A stretch of DNA of 64,000 bases from the NCBI RefSeq assembly GCF_026210795.1, contig NC_089436.1, positions 1,302,001-1,366,000 of the forward strand, read 5' to 3'. Below are positions 1 through 12,600 of the stretch, piece by piece. The DNA comes from Rhizophagus irregularis. Lineage: Eukaryota. Every line of letters starts with the position of its first letter. The first letter of the stretch is position 1. The position numbers were made by a program, and so were the translations under genes. Below the pieces are notes generated by a model. It was not told the origin of the DNA. It worked only from the letters and a program-made list of their open reading frames with translations, and searched no databases.

Positions 1-118
1 GTTAGACGACTTATTAGCTGCATATTCCCTAACCCTACAGTTTGTACTACATAACCTGTCAAATCATCAGATGATAAATTAAGATTAGTTGACTGTATAA
101 ACAAAATGATTATATAAT

Positions 119-150
<32 letters not shown>

Positions 151-559
151 GTAGATAACTATACATTATTTACACATGAAAATCTATTCTTATCGATTAT
201 GCACATTTAATGTAGCCATTTAAGTTTTAGTACGGATGTGATTAAAATATGTTTAACGGAAATATATAAAATGCCAAACGGCTGTATCATCATTTAACAT
301 CATGTCTAAAAATTACACGCATTATTATCTCATCATCTCATTCATCATCTTGATATTATTAAATATCATGCTAAATATATATTAATAAAGAACACCTCTC
401 AATTATAACTTTGATAAATACTATGAATATATAAAAAACGTTAAACTCTTTAACTATTTAAAAATAGTAAAGATTAACAAAGATAATCGAAACTTCAATC
501 TATTTTTATTAAAACAATAAAAGCAAGATAGTTCATTCAATATTATCAAAAGAACTTAT

Positions 560-645
560 CCCTATAAAAAAATTCTGGAAAAAACTCTGATAAATGATAA
601 TTTTCCTTCTGAAGAAACTCAGAAATATGATCATTTTTCTGAATA
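560..645. mobile_element. Right-truncated MITE of the CCCTATAAAAA-TIR family
   Basis: Starts CCCTATAAAAAA after TAT and aligns with the complete copy at 32370-32476; the right TIR is deleted. Confidence 0.6.
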
Positions 646-1264
646 AATTAAATTTGTTATGTCGACTTATTTTTTTTTTTATATTTTTTATATTTAAATT
701 TTTGACATATGATATATAGGACATAGAAATGTTAACAATTTAACTTAAGTTTTAATTGATGTGACCGAAAATTGTCAAATTAATCTTAATCTTTGTGTTA
801 AAGATCCTTAGAGGTGAGAAATACATAATTAATTTCATAACAACACCCAATATAATATTTACCATAAATGTTAAAATTACGATTTAAGTTGTGACTTTGT
901 GATTCTGCAAAGATTTTTAATGACGCACCCGCGAGGCAAACACTTTGTCCATAATTATTTTGTCAAAAAAAAGTCAAAAAATCTTAATACATTTTCTACT
1001 CAAAACGTTTATATTTAACTAAAAATAACCAAAATTCTTATATTCTTCATCTCAAAGCAACTTGCGCATTGTTGAGCTGAGTATAATGATAAAACGAAAA
1101 AAAATAATAAAACGAATTTTAGAAAGAAATTTCTGGTATAACGAATCGGCGGTTAAACGGATTACGAAATAATATTTTTCGATCAAGGCATATTCTTTTC
1201 CTACCCTCAATTTTATTAACGATTTTAATATTCTATTTAAATTTGTACTACGATGTATTCCTTC

Positions 1265-2598
1265 TTAAAGTTCCGAAATATTTAACAGTCGACTATAATA
1301 GATAGCTCTTTCATGACATGGTAAAGTGTTAAAATGCAATTGTTCTAAGCTTGAGAATTTAATTTCTTCGGCAACGTTAAATTGATTGGATAAATCCGAT
1401 GGATAAGGATCGTCGCATATTGTTGTGACCCAATTTCCTAAACATTCGCAAAGTTGAGATGCTGTCGGTCTATTGGATGGATCAGTATCTAAACATTGTA
1501 ACATTAATCTAGTGAAAACAGGTGGAGTTCCACTGACTATATTCGGTCTGGTTCCTGAACAAATCTCTTGTATAAGTTGTGAATCATGAGGTCTATCACA
1601 ATAAGGGCGTATACCAGCTGATAGCATCCACATGATCATGCCGAAACTGTATATGTCAGACTCTTTAGTTAATGTATATCCATTAAAGACTTCAGGAGCA
1701 ACAAAAGGTATTACGCCGTAAATTTGTATAGAAGATATTTGTTCATCAACAGGACCGTGTAATCCTGTGTCCGCAATTTTAGCATCTATTGAATCCATTT
1801 CGCTATCCTCAACCAGTATGTTCCCCCCGTGTAAATTTCCATGAGTAAGATCGCGTTCATGAATAAAATTAAGACCAGCTGATATGGCCCATAATAGATC
1901 TACAATATCTCTCCAGTAAAGGATTCTCGTGGATTCATCAAGATACGAATATAAATTCCCATTTTCATAATATCTCATGACGAACATGTAACACGATGTC
2001 GGATCTTTAGTCATGCCAAAATAATCTGCAAGTGATCTACTTTGCAGGCATTTATAATATCTATATAACTTTTGGTTAAACAAATTTTTAGCCAATTAAA
2101 TTTATAATTAAGTTTGACCAATAATAAAAATTTTCAGCCATTTGGCGTTTTTATTTACACACTTACTTGATTTACGAAATCTTGATTTATGTTCTGAGAA
2201 TTATCTAATCGTTTTAGGATGACTTTGACTGGACCATCACGAGTCCATACTTCAGCTTCTTCGTCCAGAATCCAGATTGGGCCTTCCATCCATATTGCGG
2301 AATAAATTGAGCTAAAAACACCTCGTTTATTAGTATTCTTAACTAAATTGAATTGATTAAAATCAATCCACTCAAGGTACGTATTATCGTTTGCATTTAA
2401 TTGAGTGTACTGAATGAATTCATCTATCATAGAGTTTCCGCTGGTCCAACTATTAAATTTTCCTTTCAAATTTGCAATATTGCAATTTTTACACCATGCA
2501 GCGGAAGTTCGTTGCCTTCTACAATCTGGACAATTTCCATATGGTGCACTATTTATAGTGAAATCCTGAGATTCGAGGGTCGGATCGAATAAATGCAT
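1265..2598 (-). CDS. K1: TKL-family predicted pseudokinase with N-terminal Cys4 motif, 2 exons (2598-2167, 2068-1265), ~411 aa
   Basis: GTAAGT donor after FVNQ, AAG acceptor before LYRY, phase-0 98-nt intron. Motifs VILK, HGNLHGGN, DTG, APE, SDIYSFG, RP. Confidence 0.9.
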
Positions 2599-3010
2599 GA
2601 CCTTCAGCTTTGTTTTTTTATTTTATTTTCTTTTTTTTTAAAAAAAATTGCTTTATACAATTATTTTTTTTTCTTTCGAAATATATATGTATATATATAA
2701 GAGAGGCTCTGAAAGCCGCGACATCTTGCTTCAATCATATAGCATTTATATCAGATTTATTAGTTGCTTTGCCAGAAAAAAAAAGGTTTAATCAATTTAA
2801 TTAGTTTATTTGAATACAATAAGTTCGTACTTCATATTGTTTTATCGCCGTTTATAGGACAAATAAATCTGGTGTGATATTAAAAAAGGTGTAACATTGC
2901 AACGATTATTTAATAAGATTTGCCTCTTGCATGACACACAAGTAGTAGTGCACGAAAATTTCTGAAACCAGTAATAGGGATAATCTTAATACATAATGTA
3001 TAAAATGCGA

Positions 3011-3044
3011 AATTACGTAATTACCTCTGAAAATATTTTACATT
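3011..3044. promoter_or_regulatory. Conserved upstream block with AATTACGTAATT palindrome (bZIP-type site)
   Basis: The same block recurs at 7827, 16754 and 36715; the TTACGTAA core also lies upstream of the K5-type copies (47860, 17312). Confidence 0.35.
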
Positions 3045-6000
3045 ACGCATTACGTTATATTGAATGAACAACTGAAGGTTTTTTTAAACAATAACGCAAA
3101 TAATGATTAATAATTTCCAAAGATTTCCAAATTCGATTATTTCAGTTGTCAAAAATAAGATTTTCCGAAAATATGTGACTAAAATTATTCAGTTTTTGAT
3201 TAATTCTTGTACTTTGATGTTTATTTTATACTTTATAGTACTTACCCTTCTTTTAGTACGTTTTAACTAATATCTATGTTAAATCTATTTTTTTTCCATC
3301 TTATCTTGATGTCTAAAAGTTTCACATAAATTCGCATCACTGATTTATCGTTTATTTTTTTTTTGTTTGCACAACACAATTGAGTTAAAATTAATATTTC
3401 GAATTTTTGGGAATTTTAAGTGGCTGTTATTTGTGTTTTTATCAAAAAGGTGAAAAAATGAATTTAAAATAAAGTACGTCAAAATTATATTATTGAATTT
3501 TACTTAAGGATAATACTTCGGAGTTCGGAGCCTTAGTTGTTATCGGGAAAATAATGAATTGCGTAAACTCTAAAAATGTTAACATATTCCAGGTTTGCCG
3601 ACCGATACATATATAATGTATGTCGTATTTTTCTGTGTTCTATGAACAACCTTAATTTAAATTAGAAAAGGTTTTGGGGAATTCCAGATAAAGAATTTTA
3701 TTAAATACATAATAAACTTAACGTATCAAGCTAAAATTATTAATGTTGTACACATGAGTGGGATCCAATATATTATCTGCATAGCAAGAAAATGTGTTTT
3801 ATAGTATATGTTGCACGTAATTAGCCACAAGGCCTAGAATAGAGAATGAACGTAAAAAAAAATAAAATCTTATCCCGCTTCTACAGAAAAATTCGGTAAT
3901 ATTTTGGTAATTTCCAAATATTTGGTCCCAAGACTCCGAACAATAGGTAAAAAAAGATCAGCACGCATATTAATATTAGCTCTACGCATCTTTTCAGGGC
4001 AAAAATCACGTAATTCCGCCTGGAATTATCAAAAAATGAAGGATCTACACATATTTTGGTTCATTCTATAATGTTACGATATTGCTCGGGTACTGATATT
4101 AGTGATCTATATAATGATTGGACATAATGAACGTGCAGTGTATCCCGGATTATCCCGATTACGGAATCATCTGATTGCCGAAGTTTAGTAAACAATGATT
4201 TACAATAAAAATTGCCTCCACGTACAAATTTACAATAAATTTTTACCTCCGCGTACAGATTTACTCCCGAATTAGGGGTTTGACGTACATATAAATATAC
4301 TTTTTATCGTTTTTTTGTCAATTAATTTAATCATAAATATGAATCTCGGCAAATGAAGTAATTCAAATTCGTTCAAAAATGCTAACATAGTTAGAAATGA
4401 AGCATTGATGAAATCAAAAAAAAAAAATAGTCAAGAAATTTCAAATATTCAAAGTAATATAAAAAATTTTTATGAAGTTTCTGAAATATGATTATTAAAA
4501 AAAAGTTCAGTGTACAGATAAATATAAGGCCTGAAGTTTAACGTACGGATTTGTACGGAAATGACCTTTGTCCGCGGAAGTTCATTAATAAAACTGTGGC
4601 GTATTCAGGGGCCCTATTCCAACCCGTTTATCAGTGTGACTACTGTATATGGGTTATTGCTGTATTACTTTCTGTATTAAAAATTACCCTTTTGCATATA
4701 ATTCTAACAAAAGTCACAGACGAAAAATTCATTTATTTATATTTACTTTCAAAGAATCTTGTGCTGAAATATATCTTGTCTATATGAAACTGAGTTATGG
4801 CTCGATAAATTGATGATAACTCATATTATTAAATATACGAAAACGTAACGGATTATTTTCTTTAGATATTTTTGATTTAGTACTATCTCGATAAAGAATT
4901 CCAACAAGAAACGCTCATCGGCACAACAAACCCTTAAAAAACCCATTTACAGTAATTTATCTTATTTATCATATGAAGTTATGAACTAACTAGAATAGTT
5001 ATAAAAGTACTTGGGACACCGTATGAGTTATTTATTTATAAAACTTAGTAGTTTATTGTACTAACATAATAATTATGTATTTAATCATGCTTTAAGCTGC
5101 TTACATTCTTTACATCACAATACTCTTCACATCGTTCTTTAATTTTGATTGTAAACTTGTTCTTCCGTCAAGTATCTATGCATGGTTATTTTCTCATCTA
5201 CATTACATATTTGATTATTGAAAATTTATGCATAATCCATCGATGTAGTACTCCAATAGTACAAAAAAATAACTCCGATAAAATACTATTTATAGAACAT
5301 TTAAACTTATAAGGTAAAGGCATTTCACATTCGATCAAATGCCATTTGAAGTTGTCATTTAGTCATTTTAAATAAATTCCTTATATGGATAATTCCACAA
5401 ATAAAAAAATAAAAAAAATTCTCTTTTTGTAAATTTAAAAATATAAAAATTGATTGTATTTTTCAGGCGTGAACATTTAGACAATCATCTCTAAGGTTTT
5501 TGTAAATAAAATGATTTGAATATATTATGATGCATCCGCCTAGAAAATAAAATATTAAGAAACTTTTCAAAATATTCTTCGGCTCAAAAAACCGAAAAAA
5601 AAACATTTCAACTCACAAAAATGAAAAAAAAACAATAAACTTTCCAAAGGAAAAAAAAATCAATTTAATATTTTCTTTATAAATTATAGCAATGTTACAC
5701 GTAAATGTATGAACAATGAAATTCTGAAACTTGGGATATAATTAAACTAGTTCGGTTTTGTTTGGGATCAACCTGTGATTATTTACAAAAAAAATTTTAT
5801 TATTAGATATTAGAACATTTGATAAAACAAAACAATCGGTAAGATAAAACATGCCTGCTACATCTAGTTCTAAAAAAAAAATTTGAAACAATTGGATAAA
5901 AAAAATAAAGCATTTCTTTTTCGTGCCTGTAACATAACAGTTGAAAGAAAATATATTTATAATTCCGTTCTCTCTTACCACATCTTGCTATCTCCTTCAA

Positions 6001-6249
6001 GCGTTCAACGCAATATTCATTTTTTTGCATCTTATAAAATGGGATGGAATATTTTGTGAAACTTTTATTGATATGTTATGATCATTTACCCCCTAGATAA
6101 TGATTCATAGTATGTCATTGAATATCTTTATTTAAATTTGTATGGATAATTAGTAATATTTAAAACTTAATCTTAGTAAAAATATTAATAAAAAAAAAAG
6201 ATAAATAAGGATTTCTTGTTAAACTAATAAAATAATAAAATTTGTTAAA

Positions 6250-6550
6250 GCTTAATTGAATTTTGTGTTAAAATTTTAGAAATTCATAATTAGTTACATA
6301 ACAGCACTCTAAAAAATATTTACTAGTACATTACGATGAATTAAGTTTGTGATTCCTCAACGAAAAAAAACGAAGTTAGAAAAAAAAAACTCGGTTATAA
6401 TAATTAACGTTATAATTAGGTTAAAAGGATTGGAAAATTCTTTTCTTTTTAATCTATGCCAATTTTTTCTTACCATAATTTTACTTAAAAGCCAATTATA
6501 TATTGTGCTTATAATACGTAATACGAATTTATATGAAATTATTTTGTTGA
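6250..6550 (-). promoter_or_regulatory. 3' flank / putative 3'UTR element shared by the U and K families
   Basis: Ordered anchors CATAACA[AG]CAC, AAGTTTGTGATT, AAAACGAA, GCCAATTTTTT; homologous blocks lie downstream of K1, K2, K4, U2, U3 and U4. Confidence 0.6.
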
Positions 6551-6559
6551 AGCTTAAAA

Positions 6560-7246
6560 TTATTGAAATCTTCTTGTTGGCAGTCCATTTGTATCTTGGT
6601 GAGTAATATGTTCATTGCTTGAAAAATCACTATCATTATAATTTTGATTGTCTGCCATTGATGAAACGGTTTGTGTTATCATTTCATTATTCCCAACATC
6701 ATTTGTGTTTCTATCACAGATCATTCGATAGAAAAGTTTTTGTTTCAAGTTTTGTTCAAGATTGAATTTTTGATCTAAAGACAATGGTTTTGTATCAAAA
6801 TTCATTCCACAAACTTCATTATTCAAAATGTTTTCTACCAATGGGTATGAAAGTAATTTACAAGTAACATGATATCCTATAGAGGGATTACTTGGATGCT
6901 GGTAAAAAAATTCATGATCATAATGATTACTATGATCATTAAAAGAATCTTGTAAAATGATTTTACAAATTACAAGATAAAAATTGACATCACTTGGCAA
7001 AAAATAATAAAACTTTAAATAATTTAAACTCGGTAAAATCTGCTGATACTGCATAGTATGTGCTGCTACATCGAAAGTAGCAAAGTTATATGATGTATTT
7101 GACATGCCGGTCATATTTCTATGAGACGTTATTGAAGATTCTTGACTTTGCGTAGTTTGTTGAATTGCGGTAGAAAAATCAAATGATTCATCAGTTTCAA
7201 TGCCGGAATTATTATAAATAAACGATTGTTGTAAATTTTCATCCAT
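6560..7246 (-). CDS. U1: uncharacterised protein, S/T/Q/N-rich N-terminus plus conserved duplicated FY/FFY..Y-x-V-x-C core, 228 aa
   Basis: Open ORF; core conserved with the ORFs at 24.5, 41 and 57.5 kb. Confidence 0.8.
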   Translation of the reverse strand: MDENLQQSFIYNNSGIETDESFDFSTAIQQTTQSQESSITSHRNMTGMSNTSYNFATFDVAAHTMQYQQILPSLNYLKFYYFLPSDVNFYLVICKIILQDSFNDHSNHYDHEFFYQHPSNPSIGYHVTCKLLSYPLVENILNNEVCGMNFDTKPLSLDQKFNLEQNLKQKLFYRMICDRNTNDVGNNEMITQTVSSMADNQNYNDSDFSSNEHITHQDTNGLPTRRFQ

Positions 7247-8689
7247 ACGAGAATAGTTACTTAAAATATAAATACAGTATTACTACTCGAAGATTTATCT
7301 ATTATGTAAAAATGAAATGGAGAATAAAGAAAAAAAAATATTTGTATATATTCTCTCAGGATACGATTTTTGGTTTTATCATTATATATATAAAAAAGAA
7401 AAAATTACAGATATCATATGAATAATTTGAAAAAAGAAAAATACACTAAGAAAAAAACAAGGAGACATATTTTCGGTGTAACGATCCGTGTCATTTGCCT
7501 AACCTTATCGATTTTAGTATAAGTTACTACTTATTCATGCTAAAGATTGATAATAATTTGAAAAAAATTTAACGAATTACAGTTTGCATTTTCAGATCAG
7601 AACAGTTATTGATCAAAAAAAAATGAAATATATTATCGGTTTTGTTTTCCTTTTTTTTTTATTCTGCTTTTCTATCATAAATTTTTGAAATAAACTTTTT
7701 ACAAAACCGAAATAAAATAAGGCGCGTTTTAATAAAGGAAACTATTCTGCTGATCTATTTGTGTTACTGCTGCGTTAACTTCTTGTATTATATATAAGTG
7801 CATGAGTTAATAATGTATAAATGCTAAATTACGTAATTACTTCTGAAAATATTTTACATTAACTATATTAATAAACTTTTAAAAGCCTTTCTTTTAATCG
7901 ATTTCCCAAATTTGATGATTAAAAATACGACTAAAATAATTTAGTTTATGATTAACTCTTGTTCTTTGATGTCTATTTAATTTATATTTACCCCTAGCCT
8001 AGCCTTTTTAGTAGCAATATCTAAAAATCTATTTTTTTTTTGTTCTTGATAATCATCGCCATCTTATCTTGGTATCTTAAAATTTCACAGAAATTCGCAT
8101 CACATTATATCATCACATTATATGAGCAGTGGAAAAAAAAAAAGAATATTTTATCTAAGATGTGTAAATTTATCGTAGCATAAAATTTAAAATTTATTAC
8201 ACGCATATAATAATAATATTATTATAGGATTTATTCTTCTTTATGATCTTACAGCTGTTATAGTTATATTACAAGCTATCATGAAAAGGCAATGCTTTAT
8301 TTATTTATTTATTTTGTTTATACAACGCAATTAAGTTCAAATTAATATTTCGATTTTTTTTTAGAAGATTACGTGGCTGTTTATTGTGTTTTTATCAAAA
8401 AAGATGAAAAATGAATATAAAATGAAGTACAGTAATCAGTGTATATGTCATAAGTCCGTATTTTTCTGTGTTCTGAACAACCTTAAATCACAAAGAAGGT
8501 TTTGGGAAATCCAGAAAAAGAATTTTATTAAATATATAATAAACTTAAATTTTACGGACGTAAAATTCTGAATTAAGCTAAAATGATTAATTTTGTAAAC
8601 AAATGAATCAAATCTATTAATTGCATGGTAATTAAAATTAAAGAAAAATTACAATTTCTAGTGTTTTATATACATTACGTTTTTGTAGC

Positions 8690-8755
8690 CGGTGTTAACG
8701 GACCGGTCCGGACCGACCGGACCGATTAGAACCGATCGGTCTAATAAGACCGATC
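8690..8755 (+). mobile_element. hAT-like element end (CGGTGTT start, subterminal GACCG repeats)
   Basis: GC-rich GGACCG/ACCGAT cluster that begins exactly where homology with 3821/37847 (TAGCC|ACAAGG) breaks; other end not found. Confidence 0.45.
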
Positions 8756-9326
8756 AAAAAAAATTCTCTTTTTGGTAAATTAGTAAGCTGGTATGATATA
8801 CTATATATGATTAACTGATTTGTCAACAATGACATGATTTTTTTGTTTAACTTAAGAGCGAACTAACGAATTTATGATGAACAAAAAATTTTTTTTTGTT
8901 TACAGTAAAATAAACAAGAAACAATTTTTTCTGTTTAAATCTAGACAAATTAGTGAACATTCTTAAAGGAATTTTTATTACAACTAAAAATTTTTTGGGA
9001 ATTTTTTTTATAGGATCGCAGTACAGAACCAGAATCCCTTGTAGTAAACCATGTGACGAACTAAATCACGTTACACTTACGAAAATGATATCTAGAATTA
9101 AACATACCTAAAATTTTATTTTTACAAATCCAGAAAATGAAATATTAAAGAATACATGTATTGTTATGAAATAAATTAAACATTTCTAATTTCTCTAATT
9201 AGCAATTGTGAGAATCATGTCTAAAGAGTACATTTTCTCCGCTTTTATTAATGTTTACAAAGTAATTTTACTAAATAAAATATAAATTCTCGCGTAATTT
9301 ATTTTAGATCCATTTTTTCATTCAAT

Positions 9327-9445
9327 GATCATACTCACCAAGATACAATTGGGTTGAAGACTTGAAGGATAATGTCATTCATTCACAACAAGATGATTTC
9401 AATACTTTTGTACTTCAGCAAAATAATTTCGAAACCACTCATTAA
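9327..9445 (+). pseudogene. C-terminal fragment of a fifth U-family copy, inverted orientation
   Basis: Encodes DHTHQDTIGL...HSQQDDFNTF..QQNNFETTH*, near-identical to the reverse complement of 24338-24448; followed by the U-type 3' flank at ~9660-10080. Confidence 0.85.
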
Positions 9446-9468
9446 TTCAAAATTTTATTATATTTATA

Positions 9469-9654
9469 CTAGCCGTTAACCCGTTGCTTTTGCAACGGTA
9501 TATATACATATAACTCAATTACTCAAATGCCTAATTTCGTTACATGTAAAAAAAAAGCGAGACGTAGCTAAGCCAATTAATAACACGCTATGTAACAAGT
9601 GACACAGGTAACACGTTACGGTTACGCACAAAACAATTATTATATAGATATAGA
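9469..9654 (-). mobile_element. Non-autonomous Helitron, 186 bp
   Basis: On the minus strand it starts TCTATATCTATATAATAA, has a subterminal hairpin CCGTTGC-AAAA-GCAACGG (9481-9498), ends CTAG and sits between A and T with no TSD. Confidence 0.85.
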
Positions 9655-10799
9655 TATTAGATTGATCTCGAATGCAGAGAACAATTTGATTATTATCTAT
9701 ATTCGTATTCGCTTTTAAAAAAAATACAATATATACTACTTTTACTAAAATCGGTAGTAAAATTATGACAAGAAAAAATTGGTCTAGATTTAAAAAAAAA
9801 ATTAGGTTTCTATTCTTTTAATCCATTTTTAACGCTGATTATTATTACTGAATTTTCTTTTTCTAACTTCGTTTTTTTCGTTATCATAATATATGAGGAA
9901 TCACAAACTTAATTTCATCGTAATATATTAGTTATAAGTTATGTTTCTCGAATGTTATTACGTAATTAATTATGAATTAAGATTGTAATTTTATTTAACA
10001 TTTTATGATTGCTTTAAGTTTTGAAATTTATATAAAGTTATTCAAAATCAAATGATACTGTAAATCATTTTACTTAAATATCAAGAAGAAAATAAATAGT
10101 AAGCCTCATACTCCATATTAAACTGCGTAGAAATTGTATTTTTTTTTTTTCAACATACATGTAGAAAAGTAAAAGTTAAGATTATCAAGAAAGTTCCAAT
10201 ATATGGAATAATTTTACTAAATGAACCACTGGTCAGCAGTGGTTACTTTAATTTATTTAAATAAGTTAGAATTACGCGCATATTATTATTATTATTATTA
10301 TTATTTAATAAAAAAAAAGTCGTAAAAATTTTAGAGTTTTTCTTTTTGTTACCATTTTAAAGATGATCGAGTTTATTTAAATAAAGGAAATAACGATAAA
10401 AAAGCTAGTAACTATAAATTTGAGTTTCTTAGTACATTTGACTGTATAAACTTCATTTTAATAAACGAAAGGTTCTATACTCAAATTGGTAAGTTTTAAA
10501 CGTCTTACCTTGTTATTGTATAACTAGGCGTTTTTTTAAATTTGAAGTCTGTGAAAAAAATAAAAATAAATTATAAAATTATAAAACAATTAGTGATTAC
10601 GTTTTACAACCTTTTTGTTATTTTGTTTCCTAAATAAAAATATGACAAAATTTCATTTGATGGATAATAAAAATTTAATCTTTTAACTAACAATTGATAT
10701 GGGGTATACGGTAATACGTCAAAATTTGTCCAGACTCATGCAATCCAGTTTCCTTAACTAATATGTTTCTTCCATGTAATGGCTAGATGGTACAATGAA

Positions 10800-10980
10800 A
10801 TATCATTGAAATGTTCGTAAACGAGACGGAATAAAATTAAGATCAGTCGATATTAGCAATAATATGTCTATAATATCTTCAACGAAGGATTCCCGTAGAT
10901 TCGTCAAGATTCAAATATAAATTTGCTAATAATTTCAAGGTACCCACGGGTATTATTCAATTTTAGATCGGATAAATTGT
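10800..10980 (-). pseudogene. Degenerate K-family exon 2 relic
   Basis: GAATAAAATTAAGATCAG...AAGGATTCCCGTAGATTCGTCAAGATTCAAATATAAATTT aligns with 15662-15759. Confidence 0.7.
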
Positions 10981-11699
10981 AAAAGACCCGCGGGATACTA
11001 TAGTCAGTGTTATACGGTATTTTTCAATTCTTTAACGGACATGTATTAACCAAAGAATCTGATATTCACAGCTTTGAGATGTTATCAGCCTTTAATGTAA
11101 TAAACCTCATAAGTCGAAACTTATAGAAGAGATCGGTCAGGATCGGTCAGTGGAATTTCAACTTGTTTTCTCTGGATCTACGAACTAATTTGTGACGATC
11201 CTGATCCGTACGTTAATTGGACCTAGACAAATACACAGAACAACGTAATACCTCGCTTTTTTTTTGAAAATACTAAAGAAAAACATTTTTTTTCTTATTG
11301 AGAAGTATCTAAAAAAAGCTAAAAAGGCTTGAATTAATTATTTTTTCTTGAAAAGGGAAGTATCATATGAAAAAAAAACAGCTATTTGGAGCGTTCTTAC
11401 AGAATTTGGAATGAAACAATAAGTAGAATATAGAGTTATGGACGTGTGAATTTAACAGGGATTACTATAAATTATAATGATCGCAAAAAAAAATCTCTAA
11501 TAATAAACTTTTATGATACTTTACATACTGTAAGTTTTGATTTACTAATTAGTCGATGGTACACCCCAACTGTCATGACTTCATCATCTTTTTTAAAGAG
11601 AACACGCGTCAGATTTACTCATCCTACTAGTGAAATAGTTAGACTTTACAGTAGAACGTATTACTATCTTATCTTAATCATACTTAAGTTTACAGTACG

Positions 11700-12600
11700 A
11701 CGTACTGCTACCTAAAGATATAAATATTCCTTGTGTTGTTTTCTTTGTTTCTTTAATGTAATTGAAAATTCTTTTTTTTTAGCAATGATTGCATCACATT
11801 CATTTATTATAATTTCGTCAAACTTTTATCTAATAATTATAAATATTTACTTCAATATGAAAAATAGATTTCACTTACTTTCATCATCCTTTAACTTATA
11901 TTTATCCGAAGGTATGGTGAATTAAATGCTTATTCGATATATGCTGTTTCTTGAGAAAATTCCTACAAGTAGACTTTCCGTTAGCGGATGAAAAATAATT
12001 TGAGAATGTAGGAGGACCGAAGCTTGATTTTGTTGAGAACTGTTGATGATGTATAATAGATTAATAAAGAATCCTTTCAATCAAAAGCTGATACGTTTTT
12101 CATTGATCAACCAAAAAACTCTTCCATTTTTCGATCATATACTATTGCAATTCATCAGGATTTCGTGGTAATCGTTTTTTCTATATTATGTTTAAAATAC
12201 CATAGTTTTTTAGGCTATTTAATGACTACATTTTCTTGAAGGAATTCTTTACAAGCCGCTTGAGTCATTTTCTTACTAAAATTTCCATCTTCCCAGTAAG
12301 CATTATGTTTTGGTAAACTACTTTATAACCAAGCTCATCTAGCCGCCTTCCCACAGCTTTGTAGTCACAATTATACTGCGAAAATTTTCTAATCAAAGTA
12401 CGAATATGTCTTTCAAGAACATCGTTATTTCGCTATAGTATATGGTCGTCCCTATGAAACTCATTTCTGGTTTCTTACAATTTTTTGATATTATAATTGG
12501 TTGTTTAAAGGGAATGCTAGTTAATGATGGACTTCTTTTTGGGGAGCGTATTCCTTTATTCTTTATTCTTTTAACCATAATTTCTGTAAAAACTCCGTGA
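11700..12600 (-). pseudogene. Decayed coding-like sequence of unknown identity, possibly transposon-derived
   Basis: Protein-like stretches in shifting frames (MVKRIKNKGIRSPKRS; DVLERHIRTLIRKFSQY; YWEDGNFSKKMTQAACKEFLQ) broken by stops. Confidence 0.3.

Larger units (their letters stand above)
560..8690. repeat. Segmental duplication unit A (K gene + U gene + flanks), paralogous to ~32370-43680
   Basis: Collinear near-identical blocks, e.g. 2780-3040 vs 36475-36745 and 6110-7660 vs 40500-42000; the kinase and U-gene pairs are highly similar. Confidence 0.9.

Noticed and set aside
28..38. CCCTAACCCTA at the window start as a telomere remnant
   Set aside because: Under two units; the surrounding sequence is homologous to an internal flank at ~13015.
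533..724. 63-aa ORF and its 71-aa paralog at 32372-32587
   Set aside because: AT-rich flank plus MITE sequence; the similarity is explained by DNA duplication.
2069..2095. ORF-track N-terminus MAKNLFNQK (also 35833-35859) and the separate ~150-aa upstream ORFs
   Set aside because: These are open intron sequence and exon 1 of two-exon genes, not separate genes.
2401..2592. Antisense or alternative-frame ORFs over K/U genes (also 16287, 24427, 28901, 29050, 36165, 57449)
   Set aside because: Shadow ORFs with no independent coding signal.
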